NCBI GenBank assembly: GCA_963733055.1
Contig: CAVTBR010000001.1
Location: forward strand, 416,001-480,000
From: Candidatus Bathyarchaeota archaeon
GTDB lineage: Archaea; Thermoproteota; Bathyarchaeia; 40CM-2-53-6
DNA: 64,000 bases
Direction of reading: 5' to 3'
The stretch's first letter is position 1, and each line of letters begins with the position of its first letter. Shown piece after piece: positions 1 through 10,291 of this stretch. The position numbers were made by a program, and so were the translations under genes. A model generated the notes under the pieces. The model was not told the origin of the DNA. It made no database searches and saw nothing but the letters and a program-made list of their open reading frames with translations.

Positions 1-2
1 CC

Positions 3-503
3 ATTCTATTCGGAAGCCTCTCGTTACCGGGAGATCTATTCATTTCCTACCAGACCCTGATTTCTATTGCAATATCGATCCTCTGCTACGTTGGATTATT
101 CATCTTCCTTCGGGATAGCAAGATAGGCAAAGCAATTCGGGCGTTTTCGCAAGACAGAGAATTAGCTGAGGCCATGGGGGTTCGAGTTGGCACAATCGCT
201 TTGATGTCCTTCGGCCTGGGAGTGTCGTTAGCTGCGCTGAGCGGCGCTCTTCTTTCCTCAATTTATAGTGTCACCGCTGCGACTGGTTGGAACGAACTTG
301 TAATCGCGTTCGTGATAGTGACATTCGGAGGAATCGGAAGCATATCAGGAAGTTTTCTCGGCGGCTTAGTGTATGGGATAATCTACTCAATCACGCAGTA
401 TTACCTCCCTGCCTACTCTTTTGTTATCGCACTGGTCCTCATCTACATCGTACTGGTCACAAAACCTACGGGGATACTGGGCGAGATTATTGAAAGGGCC
501 TGA
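3..503 (+). CDS. livH: Branched-chain amino acid ABC transporter permease (LivH-type), 5'-truncated by the window
   Basis: Frame is open from position 3 (ILFGSL...GKAIRAFSQDRELAEAMG); FGGIGSISG motif; hydrophobic; first gene of a livHMGF block. Confidence 0.85.
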   Translation: MLFGSLSLPGDLFISYQTLISIAISILCYVGLFIFLRDSKIGKAIRAFSQDRELAEAMGVRVGTIALMSFGLGVSLAALSGALLSSIYSVTAATGWNELVIAFVIVTFGGIGSISGSFLGGLVYGIIYSITQYYLPAYSFVIALVLIYIVLVTKPTGILGEIIERA

Positions 504-1467
504 CCACGCTTCCTACATCTCATGGGCCAAGGGTCTCAACCTAAGAGACATCAATTTCCTAATACTCTTGGTTTCCATCATACCTAGCACAATCATCTTC
601 CTGGCTGACAAGCCTTACCTGAAATTCATCATGATGTACTTCTTTGCGTACGCAATCTACACAGCAAGTTGGGATCTACTCTATAGTTACTCGGGTCAGT
701 TAAGCCTCGGTCAAGCTTTGCCGTTCGGCCTAGGAGCCTTCTTCACCATCATGCTTACTCAAATCGTTAAGCTGCCATTGGTGCCCTCTGCGATCGTCGG
801 AACATTAGGCGCGGCAGCCGTTGGGGGAAGTATCGGGGCAACAACAATTAGGCTCAAACCGGGATACCAAGGGATAGCGATCCTCCTCTTCTCACAAGTT
901 CTCTATTGGCTTTCTCTAATAGCCTACGGGGAAGAAGGAGTATCCATATTCAGCGAGACTCCCCCCAGCGAGACTACGATATACATTACGGGATTCGCGC
1001 TTTTCGTTTTGGCGATGCTTGCAATATACATCATTCAGAATTCTACCTACAAACTCAAGCTGCTCGCAATAAAGGGAGACAACCTCGCTGCAGAAGTATG
1101 CGGGATAAACGTTCCCGTACACAAAGCCATAGTTTTCTTCCTTAGCGCCTTCTTCGCGGGACTGGCTGGAACATATTACGGAATTTTCACCTCGCACGCA
1201 GACTTTAGCATCTTCGCAGTTCCGAATTCGTTCCTTCCAATTGGAATGGCGATCGTAGGAGGAGTCGGTTTCTTAGGCGGACCCATAATCGGTAGCGCCG
1301 TCGTTAGTTTGATAATCAATATCCTTCCGGTCTGGTATTCACTCGCGATAACCTACTTCGCATACGGAATCGTAGTCATCATCATCTTGAAGGTGAGACC
1401 CACCGGTATCTTGGGCCTACTCAAGCAAATTGCGCGAAAGGAGAAATCAAAAGTTGCTAAGAGTTGA
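490..1467 (+). CDS. livM: Branched-chain amino acid ABC transporter permease (LivM-type)
   Basis: YSGQLSLG, AFFAGLAG, IVGGVG and RPTGI motifs; probable TTG start at 490 overlapping livH. Confidence 0.85.
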   Translation: MKGPDHASYISWAKGLNLRDINFLILLVSIIPSTIIFLADKPYLKFIMMYFFAYAIYTASWDLLYSYSGQLSLGQALPFGLGAFFTIMLTQIVKLPLVPSAIVGTLGAAAVGGSIGATTIRLKPGYQGIAILLFSQVLYWLSLIAYGEEGVSIFSETPPSETTIYITGFALFVLAMLAIYIIQNSTYKLKLLAIKGDNLAAEVCGINVPVHKAIVFFLSAFFAGLAGTYYGIFTSHADFSIFAVPNSFLPIGMAIVGGVGFLGGPIIGSAVVSLIINILPVWYSLAITYFAYGIVVIIILKVRPTGILGLLKQIARKEKSKVAKS

Positions 1468-2146
1468 AGCCTTGGAAAAGCGGTTCGGGGGCCTGACAGC
1501 GCTCTCGAAGATCGATATCAAAGTCGATAAGGGAAAGATCTACGGACTTATTGGACCGAATGGATCAGGCAAGACCACGCTGCTTAACCTCGTCACAGGT
1601 GTCCTCAAACCAACGCGGGGCAAAATCTACGTGAAAGACATCGATGTGACCGGGAAACCGCCCCACACAATAACACGTATGGGCGTGAGTAGAACATTTC
1701 AGATTCCTAGAATATTCCCGGAATTAACTGTCGAAGAAAACATGCTCGCAATCAAGCATGAGTCTTTTTCTAGGGATAGACTAGATGACGTGTTGAAGCT
1801 AGTCGATCTATCCGCGGTCAGAGCGAATAAAGCGAAATCTTTGGGGTACGGGCAACGGAAAGACCTTGAGCTAGCCAGAGCAATCGTACTCGATACCGAA
1901 CTTCTATTCCTAGACGAACCAATGGCTGGCCTCCACGGCTCCACTATAGGAGTAATTTCGAAGCATATTCGCACGCTGAACAAAGAAATGGGCAAAACCC
2001 TGGTAATCATTGAGCATCACTTAGAAGAGCTAATGCAGCTTACAGATTACGTGTTCGTTCTCGACCACGGCGAAAAAATAGAGGAAGGAGAACCAGACGT
2101 AATCAGAAGCAGCAAAGCCGTCCACCGAGCCTATTTCGGAGCGTGA
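1454..2146 (+). CDS. livG: ABC transporter ATP-binding protein (LivG-type)
   Basis: FGGLTAL, Walker A GPNGSGKT, RTFQ, LDEP and IEH motifs. Confidence 0.9.
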   Translation: MLRVEALEKRFGGLTALSKIDIKVDKGKIYGLIGPNGSGKTTLLNLVTGVLKPTRGKIYVKDIDVTGKPPHTITRMGVSRTFQIPRIFPELTVEENMLAIKHESFSRDRLDDVLKLVDLSAVRANKAKSLGYGQRKDLELARAIVLDTELLFLDEPMAGLHGSTIGVISKHIRTLNKEMGKTLVIIEHHLEELMQLTDYVFVLDHGEKIEEGEPDVIRSSKAVHRAYFGA

Positions 2147-2851
2147 ACTTACCTGCTGAAAGTCGAGAATATTCGCGCTGGGTACGCAGGGGCTGAAGTA
2201 TTACACTCAGTAAGTATCGAAGCCCGAGACAAGGAGATAACTATCCTCCTAGGCCCGAACGGCGCAGGTAAGTCAACACTATTGAAAACAATCATTGGCT
2301 TAATCTCTCCGACTGGCGGAAAACTCTACGCTAACGATAAGGATATCACGAGAGCCAGCACGACCGATATCATCAAACTAGGAATCTCGTACGTTCCACA
2401 AGGCGCCTCACTCTTCCCAAGCATGACGGTGAGGGAAAATCTCGAGATGGGCTACTACACTCTGTCCGACAAGCAAGAACTGAAAAAGAAGATCTCAGAA
2501 ACATGCGACATCTTCCCAATTCTCAAAGACCGAATGCACCAGAAAGCTGGGCTCATGAGCGGCGGGGAAAGGCAGATGCTTGCCATCGGAAGAGCCTTAG
2601 TTTCATCCCCCAAACTAATACTCCTCGACGAACCCTCATCCGGACTCGACGTCGGAAAACAAGCAATCATCTTCGACAAACTGATCCAATTAAACAAAGA
2701 AGGAATAGCCATTCTACTAGTCGAACAAAGCGTGGAGAAAGCAACCAAGATAGCCCATCAGGCATACCTTTTGTCCAGCGGGATTCTCAAATTCTCTGGC
2801 GAAGCCTCAAAACTAACAGAGAACATGCTCTCCAGCGTCTTCGGCAAATAA
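2143..2851 (+). CDS. livF: ABC transporter ATP-binding protein (LivF-type); start region affected by a +1 base, or a CTG start at 2153
   Basis: The in-frame region upstream of the listed ORF reads YLLKVENIRAGY...GPNGAGKST; MSGGERQMLA and LDEPS motifs; the GTGA overlapping the livG stop is one base out of frame. Confidence 0.85.
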
Positions 2852-2938
2852 CCGGCAGCGTCTGAACCATCCCGGAATCGGTTTGGAAAATCAAGTGCAC
2901 TTGTAATCGAGGGAGCAACTGGCGAAAACCCGAACAAT

Positions 2939-4340
2939 TCAGGCGCGGATATGATTGTTTTCTTCAGCTCGGATGAAGCGTCCTTCTCCTGGAGCCCCGA
3001 CGATTACCCCCTCATTCATGACTAATTTGCCACGTACGAAAGTTGCCACACACTTACCTCTAACGTCCCTTCCGTCGAAAAGAAATGTCTCTCTTGCTTT
3101 AGTTTCGAGCTCATCACGTTTCAATGTCCACTTCTTTTGAAGATTCACTACCGCGAAATCGGCATCGGATCCAACTGTGATCGTACCTTTTCTGGGATAG
3201 AGGCCGAAGATCTCTGCCGGCCTGGTGGAACATAACCTTACAACATCGAGGAGAGACAGTCGTTTGTTATACACCTCTGTTAGCATCAGTGGTAGTCTTG
3301 TTTCGACTCCGGGTGTTCCAGGTGGTGCCTTCCAAATATCATCCTCCCCTTCTTCTTTCTCTTTTTCCGAGTGAGGCGCGTGGTCGCTTACCACGATGTC
3401 AATAGTTCCGTCAACTAGACCATCCCACAGCGCCTGACGGTCAGATTCGTCTCGCGGCGGCGGATTGAATTTCGCATTTGGCCCATTTCTTTTCAGTGCG
3501 TCTTTTGTGAGCAGAAGATAGTGCGGGCAGGTTTCAGCTGTGGCTGTGGACCCATTCTTTCTACAGAGGCGAATTAGAGAAACCGCCTCTTCGGTGCTAA
3601 TGTGAAGTAGGTGAATTCGAGCCTTGAGCGCGTCCGAGATTATCAGTGCTTCTGAAACCGCCAACGCCTCGGTAAACTGTGGCCGAGAATCATAGTGGGC
3701 AGGAGCGTCGCGCCTTCCCTCTCGTTGGAGGCGATCGGTCAGAAAGCGAATAGTGTCATCATGTTCGGCGTGTAAGCAAAGGAGCTTGCGCGTCCCTTTG
3801 ACTTGCTCCATGACACGATATAGGGAAGCCGCTTCAGTGACAAAGGTGCCCGCGTATCTCGCGAATTCTCTCGGGAGGGGGAGCTACCATGTAGGTTTTG
3901 AAAGCTATAGCCCCAACCTCGGCGAGCCCGGCAAGCTCCGACAAATTATCGACTCCAGCTCCAGCATAGAGCGCGAAATCCACAATCGCCTTTGGTTGTA
4001 CTATCTTGATTTTCTCAAGGAATCGCTGCCTTGTTGTGACTACCGGTTGGGTGGTCGGCATATCAAATACCGTTGTCACGCCTCCCTTTGCTGCAGATCG
4101 CGTCCCAGAAAGAAAGTCCTCTTTCTGAGTCATTCCAGGGTCGCGGAAGTGGACATGCGTATCTATTAGTCCCGGAAGTACGTGCAACCCAGTGGCGTCA
4201 AATTCATCATCAGCCTGAATATTGACCCTAGTAGAAATCGAGATTACCTTTCCTTTATCGACAAGAATTGATGCCTTTAGAAGCCCATCTCTGGCGACGA
4301 CGGTTCCTCCTCGAATCAAGAGGTCCGGCATTTCGACCAC
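2939..4340 (-). CDS. Dihydroorotase/allantoinase-family cyclic amidohydrolase, split by a +1 frameshift at ~3857
   Basis: N-part DTHVHFRDPG, GGVTT, KTYM; C-part HAE, CPHYL, NPPPR, SDHAPH, GSDADF; removing one base gives ERIRE-YAGTFVTEAASLYRVMEQ. Confidence 0.85.
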
Positions 4341-4461
4341 ACGGATTGTACCGCATGTAACAGGACTTATACCCTGTTATTCATCAACACGAGAATTCGA
4401 GCCTCAGAGAATCAAAAACAGAACTTATTTGCACGGAAACTTAGCCAACGATTGATACATT

Positions 4462-5562
4462 TTGTCACTAACTGGACGTGACTTGGTTTCGGTGCTGGAT
4501 TTTGACAAACGAGAACTTGAGACAATATTCAGAACGGCCGACTCTATGCAACGGTACACTAGGAAATGCCGGAATCAACTAAAAGACAATGTGATGGCGA
4601 CAATTTTCTTTGAGCCAAGTACGAGAACACGGCTTAGTTTTGAGACCGCGATGCATCGCTTAGGGGGATCGGTGATTGGATTTGCAGAACCGGGTATCTC
4701 TAGTGTTGCCAAGGGTGAGACTTTGGCGGATACGATTAGAATGGTCGAAGCGTATTCAGACGTGATTGTGCTTAGGCATAAGATTGAAGGATCTGCAAAA
4801 TTCGCAGGTGAAATAGCGAGTGTCCCGGTTCTCAACGGCGGTGACGGTTCTCAACATCACCCAAGCCAAACCCTCACCGACCTTTACACTATCAGAAAGG
4901 AGTTTGGCAAGATTGACGGTTGCAACATTCTACTCATGGGAGACCTAAACCACACAAGGTCAGCCTCATCCCTCGCCTACGGGCTGGGCCACTACCAAGG
5001 AATCAGACTTTCTTTTGTATCCCCTGATAGTCTCAGAATGCGACCCGAGGTTACTGACTACCTCGATAGAAAAAGCGTAAAGTATGAAGAGAGTGAAGAC
5101 CCTTCGCGTTTCATCGATGAAGCTGACGTAATTTATGTGACAAGGTTACAGAAAGAACGTTTCACAGATCCCAACCAGGCAGAAGCCCTCAAAGCGAGCT
5201 ACGTTCTAACGAAGGAACTCCTGAAACATGCGCCAAAAGACGCCATTGTCCTACACCACCTTCCAAGAATAGAGGAAATACCACTAGAAATTGACTACAC
5301 GCCGAACGCTAGATATTTCGAACAGGCCGCGAACGGCGTTCCAGTAAGAATGGCTTTTCTTTACCTATCAGTTTACCGTTCAAAGTACCGCCCCTTGAAG
5401 AAACGTCAACCGCCGTCAAGTACGAGTGGACTGCGGCGGTGTGCGAACCCAAACTGTATCTCTAATCAACCACGTGAGCCGATTGCGCCCGAGATGAATG
5501 AGGTCACCAGCAAAGGCGAACGAATATTCCAATGTGGATACTGTGGTCGATACACGAAGTAA
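4462..5562 (+). CDS. pyrB: Aspartate carbamoyltransferase catalytic chain fused to a C-terminal PyrI-type zinc domain
   Basis: FFEPSTRTRLSFE, KGETLADT, HPSQ and RLQKERF motifs; tail CANPNCISN...EP...CGYCG. Confidence 0.88.
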   Translation: MSLTGRDLVSVLDFDKRELETIFRTADSMQRYTRKCRNQLKDNVMATIFFEPSTRTRLSFETAMHRLGGSVIGFAEPGISSVAKGETLADTIRMVEAYSDVIVLRHKIEGSAKFAGEIASVPVLNGGDGSQHHPSQTLTDLYTIRKEFGKIDGCNILLMGDLNHTRSASSLAYGLGHYQGIRLSFVSPDSLRMRPEVTDYLDRKSVKYEESEDPSRFIDEADVIYVTRLQKERFTDPNQAEALKASYVLTKELLKHAPKDAIVLHHLPRIEEIPLEIDYTPNARYFEQAANGVPVRMAFLYLSVYRSKYRPLKKRQPPSSTSGLRRCANPNCISNQPREPIAPEMNEVTSKGERIFQCGYCGRYTK

Positions 5563-5581
5563 ATGACATTAGCCTTGCGAG

Positions 5582-6802
5582 TCAGGTGTAGAGTGTGTTG
5601 ACCAGCTGGTTTTCCGCAAGCACTTTTCCACGCTTAATGACATACCGAGGCATGTCCCCGAATCTGAGACAATCAGCCGCGTTCGAATAGTTCAATATGT
5701 TTAGGTCCGCTTTACAACCTTCTTCGACTCCATATTCGCTAAGCCGAAGCATGAGAGCCGCGTTGTACGTGACCATCCTAGGAATCTGTTCAAACAGCTC
5801 CCGGGAGTTGAGTTGACCTCCATAAGCGAGTAACCAGCCGTTTCGTAGAGCGCTGAAGTCTCCGAAGGGGTTGAAAGGGTCAACCATATTATCGATTCCG
5901 TAGGTGACATTCACGCCAGCGTTCAACAGTTCCATTACTCTAGTAATGCCCCTAGGGATTGGCGGCGGATGTTGACCTCCGCTCGTCATCATTGTACAAG
6001 GATTCGTTATGATATTCACCTTAGCACGCTTAATCGAACTGATAATTTTGCTCGCGTAATCGTCACTATAATGAGACAAAGCGATATTATGTGCTGAGGA
6101 CGCCCTGCCTTCATAGTGAGTACTGACAACTTTTGCAATGAAATACTCCAGGTTTCTTCCGGAAGATATTACATCATTGTGAACGTCAACATCAACGTCC
6201 TTCTCTTTCGCGATTGAGAAAACCTTATCCAAGTGTTCTTTTGAGTCATCTGCAGATTTCTCAGCTTCAGGAAGTCCGCCTATAACATCTGCCCCAGACT
6301 CCAATGCTTTGTAGAGCAATTCCTCCGTTCCCTCGTGGCATATGATTCCTTCCTGCGGATTGGCGACGATTTGTATATCCAAGAGAGGAGAATATTCGCG
6401 ACGAAGCTCGTTCAACGCATCAAGGCCTGTTAACCCCACGACGGGATCGATATCCACATGGCTTCTGATTACGGTCACTCCATTCTTTAGAGCGAGTGGC
6501 AGCACGCGTTTTATACGCTGTTTTATGTTGCTGACTGTGAAAGACTCTTTTGCCTTCTTGATGATTTCGCGCGCCTGTCCGATCGAGGAGGCATACCCAA
6601 ATTCTTCCGATAACAAGACTTTGTCAAGATGTATATGCGGTTCAACGAAGGTCGGCAGAACTAAACAGCTGTTTGCATCTATCTCCTTGTCTGCTCCAAA
6701 CTGCAAATCTGAAGCTATTTTGGATATTTTGTCACCTTCAATCAAGACCGAAACGGGTTCCTCGTGACCGGTAGCCTTTGCGTTGCGAATGACAATCGAC
6801 AC
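5582..6802 (-). CDS. Cytosine deaminase (CodA)-like amidohydrolase
   Basis: EPHIHLDK, RSHVD, QIVANPQEG, DVHND, GITRV and GIDNMVDPF motifs. Confidence 0.85.
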   Translation of the reverse strand: MSIVIRNAKATGHEEPVSVLIEGDKISKIASDLQFGADKEIDANSCLVLPTFVEPHIHLDKVLLSEEFGYASSIGQAREIIKKAKESFTVSNIKQRIKRVLPLALKNGVTVIRSHVDIDPVVGLTGLDALNELRREYSPLLDIQIVANPQEGIICHEGTEELLYKALESGADVIGGLPEAEKSADDSKEHLDKVFSIAKEKDVDVDVHNDVISSGRNLEYFIAKVVSTHYEGRASSAHNIALSHYSDDYASKIISSIKRAKVNIITNPCTMMTSGGQHPPPIPRGITRVMELLNAGVNVTYGIDNMVDPFNPFGDFSALRNGWLLAYGGQLNSRELFEQIPRMVTYNAALMLRLSEYGVEEGCKADLNILNYSNAADCLRFGDMPRYVIKRGKVLAENQLVNTLYT

Positions 6803-6822
6803 CGCGGGAGTCCCTCTACCGG

Positions 6823-7461
6823 CTAATGGTTGACAGTCGTGGAATTTGGTCTTGTTCCAGTCTTCATTTCATGAAAGGTTTGAATGATCTTTGTGGACTG
6901 TGTGACGGATCCTTTTTGGAGCCTCTCCACGGCCGCAAGGGCGGCTTCGTGAGCTTCTCGGCTTGATCCCGCCACACAATCCTTAGGGATTCTAACTGTG
7001 AAGTCAAATTGATGGGCGTCCATGGCGGTAAGGTAGACGCACACGTCGGTGGCTACTCCCGTTATGACCAAGGTGTCCACAGCCAATCCTTTGAGTAGAA
7101 TAGCCAAGTCGGTGCCGAAGAAAGCGCTGTATCGTCTTTTGTTTATCACATAGTCCGATTCTTTTGGTGCCAACTCTTCCACGATCTCGGCACCCCTAGT
7201 TCCCTCAACACAATGAAGCGCCTCATTACCATCCAGTTCTCTTCCGAAATCGACCTTCTGAGGACGATGCACTTCCCTTGTGTATATGATCGGGATACCC
7301 GAGCGACGAGCCTCTACCGACAGTTCCTTAATCCTTGAGACTACCCTGGGCGCGTCCTGACATGGAACCGCGCCATCTTCATCAACGAAATCATGCTGCA
7401 CATCCACTATAAGCAACGCAAGTGTTGCCAATTTCCAATTCCCAGTTAGATCCCAAATCAC
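6823..7461 (-). CDS. Isochorismatase-family cysteine hydrolase
   Basis: VDVQHDF, KRRYSAF and GVATDVCV catalytic triad motifs. Confidence 0.9.
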   Translation of the reverse strand: MIWDLTGNWKLATLALLIVDVQHDFVDEDGAVPCQDAPRVVSRIKELSVEARRSGIPIIYTREVHRPQKVDFGRELDGNEALHCVEGTRGAEIVEELAPKESDYVINKRRYSAFFGTDLAILLKGLAVDTLVITGVATDVCVYLTAMDAHQFDFTVRIPKDCVAGSSREAHEAALAAVERLQKGSVTQSTKIIQTFHEMKTGTRPNSTTVNH

Positions 7462-7605
7462 AGCGTTAGAGTATTAGAACGCTACCTTTGCGAATGACGG
7501 CGCTGATGAGAGCTGGATATGGTCGGTCCGAGAATGTTCCCAACAATTCCCCCCCAGATTACTCTGTTTATTCCAAACAAAATGCACAGATGGTCTTGGG
7601 AAGGG

Positions 7606-7956
7606 CTAGTCTTCGGTGTAACCCTGGTGGGATCTGAGGTACTGGTCAGGGAATGTCAGTTCACATTTAACGCATTGGTAGTTGGTTCTAATGTTGAAGC
7701 TGGTTCCGTTCCAGATTTGCTCCTGACTTTCGGGCTCTAGTTGGCTCGCGCAGAAGGGGCAGTTCAGTGGGGGACACCTGGGGTTGGTTGGGTTGGGTGG
7801 GTTGTGGTTTTGTGTTTGTTGGTTGCGGCAGGAATAGCAGTAGAAGGTTACTCTCCACTCCAAGGCCCCCTTATTCCGCACCCGCTCAAAACATTCGAAC
7901 GCAGACCCAACCCCACACGAAGGACACAACAACAATAACTCACAGTTCGTAATCAA
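7606..7956 (-). CDS. Small double zinc-ribbon protein
   Basis: Four CxxC motifs (CPSC, CYSC, CPFC, CVKC) with a Pro/Asn-rich linker; start uncertain. Confidence 0.55.
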   Translation of the reverse strand: MITNCELLLLCPSCGVGSAFECFERVRNKGALEWRVTFYCYSCRNQQTQNHNPPNPTNPRCPPLNCPFCASQLEPESQEQIWNGTSFNIRTNYQCVKCELTFPDQYLRSHQGYTED

Positions 7957-8046
7957 GACCCTGTTTCGTTAATCACGGTTGGAAGGTGTGATTTCCCGAG
8001 GCTGAGAGACTAACGAAACTACCCCGCAGAATCCGGTCAGAACAGC

Positions 8047-8585
8047 TTGTTCGGGGATTCCCGCGAGATGGGCGTCGATGCGCCGCCTTCAGGGTGGCAG
8101 TTCAGCATACTGAAGTATGAATTTGAACTGGTGAAGGACAAGAAGCCAACCATAATCGCAGTCGACGAAGTGGACACACTCCTTTACAAGGAGCGGGAGC
8201 CATTAATTTACTACCTTAACCGCCAACCCTACATCTCACTCATCCTGATCAGCAACCAGTTCTCCGACCTCACGAACTTCCCCCCCCCCCCCGAGCCAAA
8301 AGCAGCTTCCAACCCATCCCACTCGTTTTCCACTCGTACCGCGCGGAGGATGCCTACCTAATCCTGAAGACGAGAGTTAGGCACGCGTTCAAGCCGGGCA
8401 CAGTAGAGGAGGATGTGTTGCACGCGACGGCGAAGGCTGCGGCGGAAATCGGCGACATAAGATTCGGCTTCAACCTCCTCCTACTCGCCGGATTAGCAGC
8501 AGAGGCATCAGACAAGAGAGCCGTTCGCATGGAGGATTTAGAAGCATTCACCTCAGGCCTCAAGGAAGTCTTCACGGAAACCTAA
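8047..8585 (+). pseudogene. Orc1/Cdc6 replication initiator fragment
   Basis: Walker B IIAVDEVD and LILISN; after a C13 run (8280-8292) another frame reads RAKSSF...ILKTRVRHAF...GDIRFG; no Walker A or wHTH domain. Confidence 0.75.
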
Positions 8586-8878
8586 CCTTGGTATTCCATC
8601 CCTATGCAAGCCGATTACTTGCCATGTTAACACCAAAGTTGAACGGCCTGTTCTAGACCATCGATGAATGAATCGCTACCTACATCGCGGGACCCTCTCA
8701 TTTGAAATAGCTAAGGATTTGGTGTGATACGGAACGCATTTTCCCTCGCTTAGGTCTGGATCAAGTTGAGGAAAGGAGGAAAGAGGCTTTGCCCGGAAGT
8801 TAGTAGAAGAAGGGCCACCTTAGCGGGAGGTCTCGACTTAGACAAAATCGAGCTCGCAAGAATATGAGGTAGAACAAG

Positions 8879-10291
8879 CTGGATTCACACAGTCGGAAAA
8901 CACGTGGACAAGCAAAGGGCCAAACCAAAACTCCTGATCGCATTGTTGATCTAATGGTGGAGAAGCTGTTTTCAGGACGCGAGCCCAAGCAAAGTGATGT
9001 TCTACTAGACCCAGGATGTGGCGAAGGGTCTTTCATAGAGGGAGTTCTAAGATACTGTGAACTACACGAGCTCCAAGCTCCACATGTGGTCGGGGTCGAG
9101 ACAGACGCCGACTTAGTGAAAAAGGCACGCAGAAAATTCACAAACTCCGCAGTTGAAATCCTGCATCAAGACTACCTTGGCCCCCAGATTCCGGCAGATT
9201 TCATAATTGGCAATCCACCTTACGTGCCAATCACAGGTCTGACAGATCGCGAGAAGAAGCATTATCGTCGCCTATTCAAAACAGCTGTTTCACGGTTTGA
9301 TCTGTATCTATTATTCTTTGAGCGCTCCTTGGAGAATCTCAGAAGAAACGGGAGGTTATGTTTCGTGACCCCAGAAAAATACGAATACGTTCACACGGCG
9401 GCTTCTCTACGACGCATGTTCGTGAGCGTGTGTATCGAACAGATCGTCCACATCGATGAAGATTCATTTCGTGGACTAGTTACATATCCTGTCATAACTA
9501 CTGTCGAGAATAATCCATTACGCGCAGGTGAAGCCACATCTGTGCACCTCAGACACGGTTCAGTGATCTTGGTGCATCTACCTAAAGATGGATCAGCGTG
9601 GACCGGGGCCATCGAGAACGCTCAACCGATCGACAATGACGGTTTGACTCTAGGCAATGTGTGTATTCGAGTATCTGCGGGAATAGCTACAGGCGCGGAC
9701 TCGATCTATGTTCTTCACAGGGCAAAGATCCCCAAATCTCTTGAAGGATTCTCGCACCCCACAATTTCGGGTAAGCAACTTAATTCAGAGCAGAATGAAC
9801 TGAGTGCGACGCAAGACGTGATGCTTACTCCATATGATGAAACTGGAGCACTATTGCCAGAGGCAAAACTGGAGAAACTTCTAACATATCTCAAGCCTCA
9901 CAAGAAAATACTGGAACAACGTACATGTGTAAAGAAACACAACCACAGTAAGTGGTACCGATTCCATGACAGCGTGCCGCTGCCAGACATTATGCGCCCT
10001 AAAATTCTGTGTAAGGACATCGCACGGGAACCACGTTTCTGGATGGACAGGGCTGGCCTCGTGGTACCCAGACACACCGTGTATTATATCGTGCCAAAAG
10101 AGAACACCAACCCTGACGAATTGCTGATTTATCTAAACAGCGACCAGGCTAAATCGTGGTTGAAGGCCCACTGCCAACGCGCAGCAAACGGGTTCTACCG
10201 ACTTCAGACTGAAGTCATCAAACAGTTACCTATACCCGTCGAATTACACTCGAAGCTCAGAACGAATGAGCAAATATCCATGTTAAACTAG
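8879..10291 (+). CDS. Type II N6-adenine DNA methyltransferase (gamma class, TaqI/PaeR7I-like) with C-terminal TRD
   Basis: Motif X GQTKTP upstream of the listed ATG (CTG at 8879); LDPGCGEGSF, IGNPPY and DLYLLFFE motifs. Confidence 0.9.
   Translation: MDSHSRKTRGQAKGQTKTPDRIVDLMVEKLFSGREPKQSDVLLDPGCGEGSFIEGVLRYCELHELQAPHVVGVETDADLVKKARRKFTNSAVEILHQDYLGPQIPADFIIGNPPYVPITGLTDREKKHYRRLFKTAVSRFDLYLLFFERSLENLRRNGRLCFVTPEKYEYVHTAASLRRMFVSVCIEQIVHIDEDSFRGLVTYPVITTVENNPLRAGEATSVHLRHGSVILVHLPKDGSAWTGAIENAQPIDNDGLTLGNVCIRVSAGIATGADSIYVLHRAKIPKSLEGFSHPTISGKQLNSEQNELSATQDVMLTPYDETGALLPEAKLEKLLTYLKPHKKILEQRTCVKKHNHSKWYRFHDSVPLPDIMRPKILCKDIAREPRFWMDRAGLVVPRHTVYYIVPKENTNPDELLIYLNSDQAKSWLKAHCQRAANGFYRLQTEVIKQLPIPVELHSKLRTNEQISMLN

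Noticed and set aside
2144-2155. LivG-LivF read-through fusion via an in-frame TGA
   Set aside because: A GTGA overlap with one extra base explains it and fits the window-wide +1 error pattern
7963-8019. Integron attC site
   Set aside because: The boxes are in GTT...AAC order, opposite to RYYYAAC...GTTRRRY; no IntI gene in the window
8280-8292. Phase variation at the C13 tract
   Set aside because: The gene lacks Walker A and wHTH at any tract length, and homopolymer length is unreliable in this assembly
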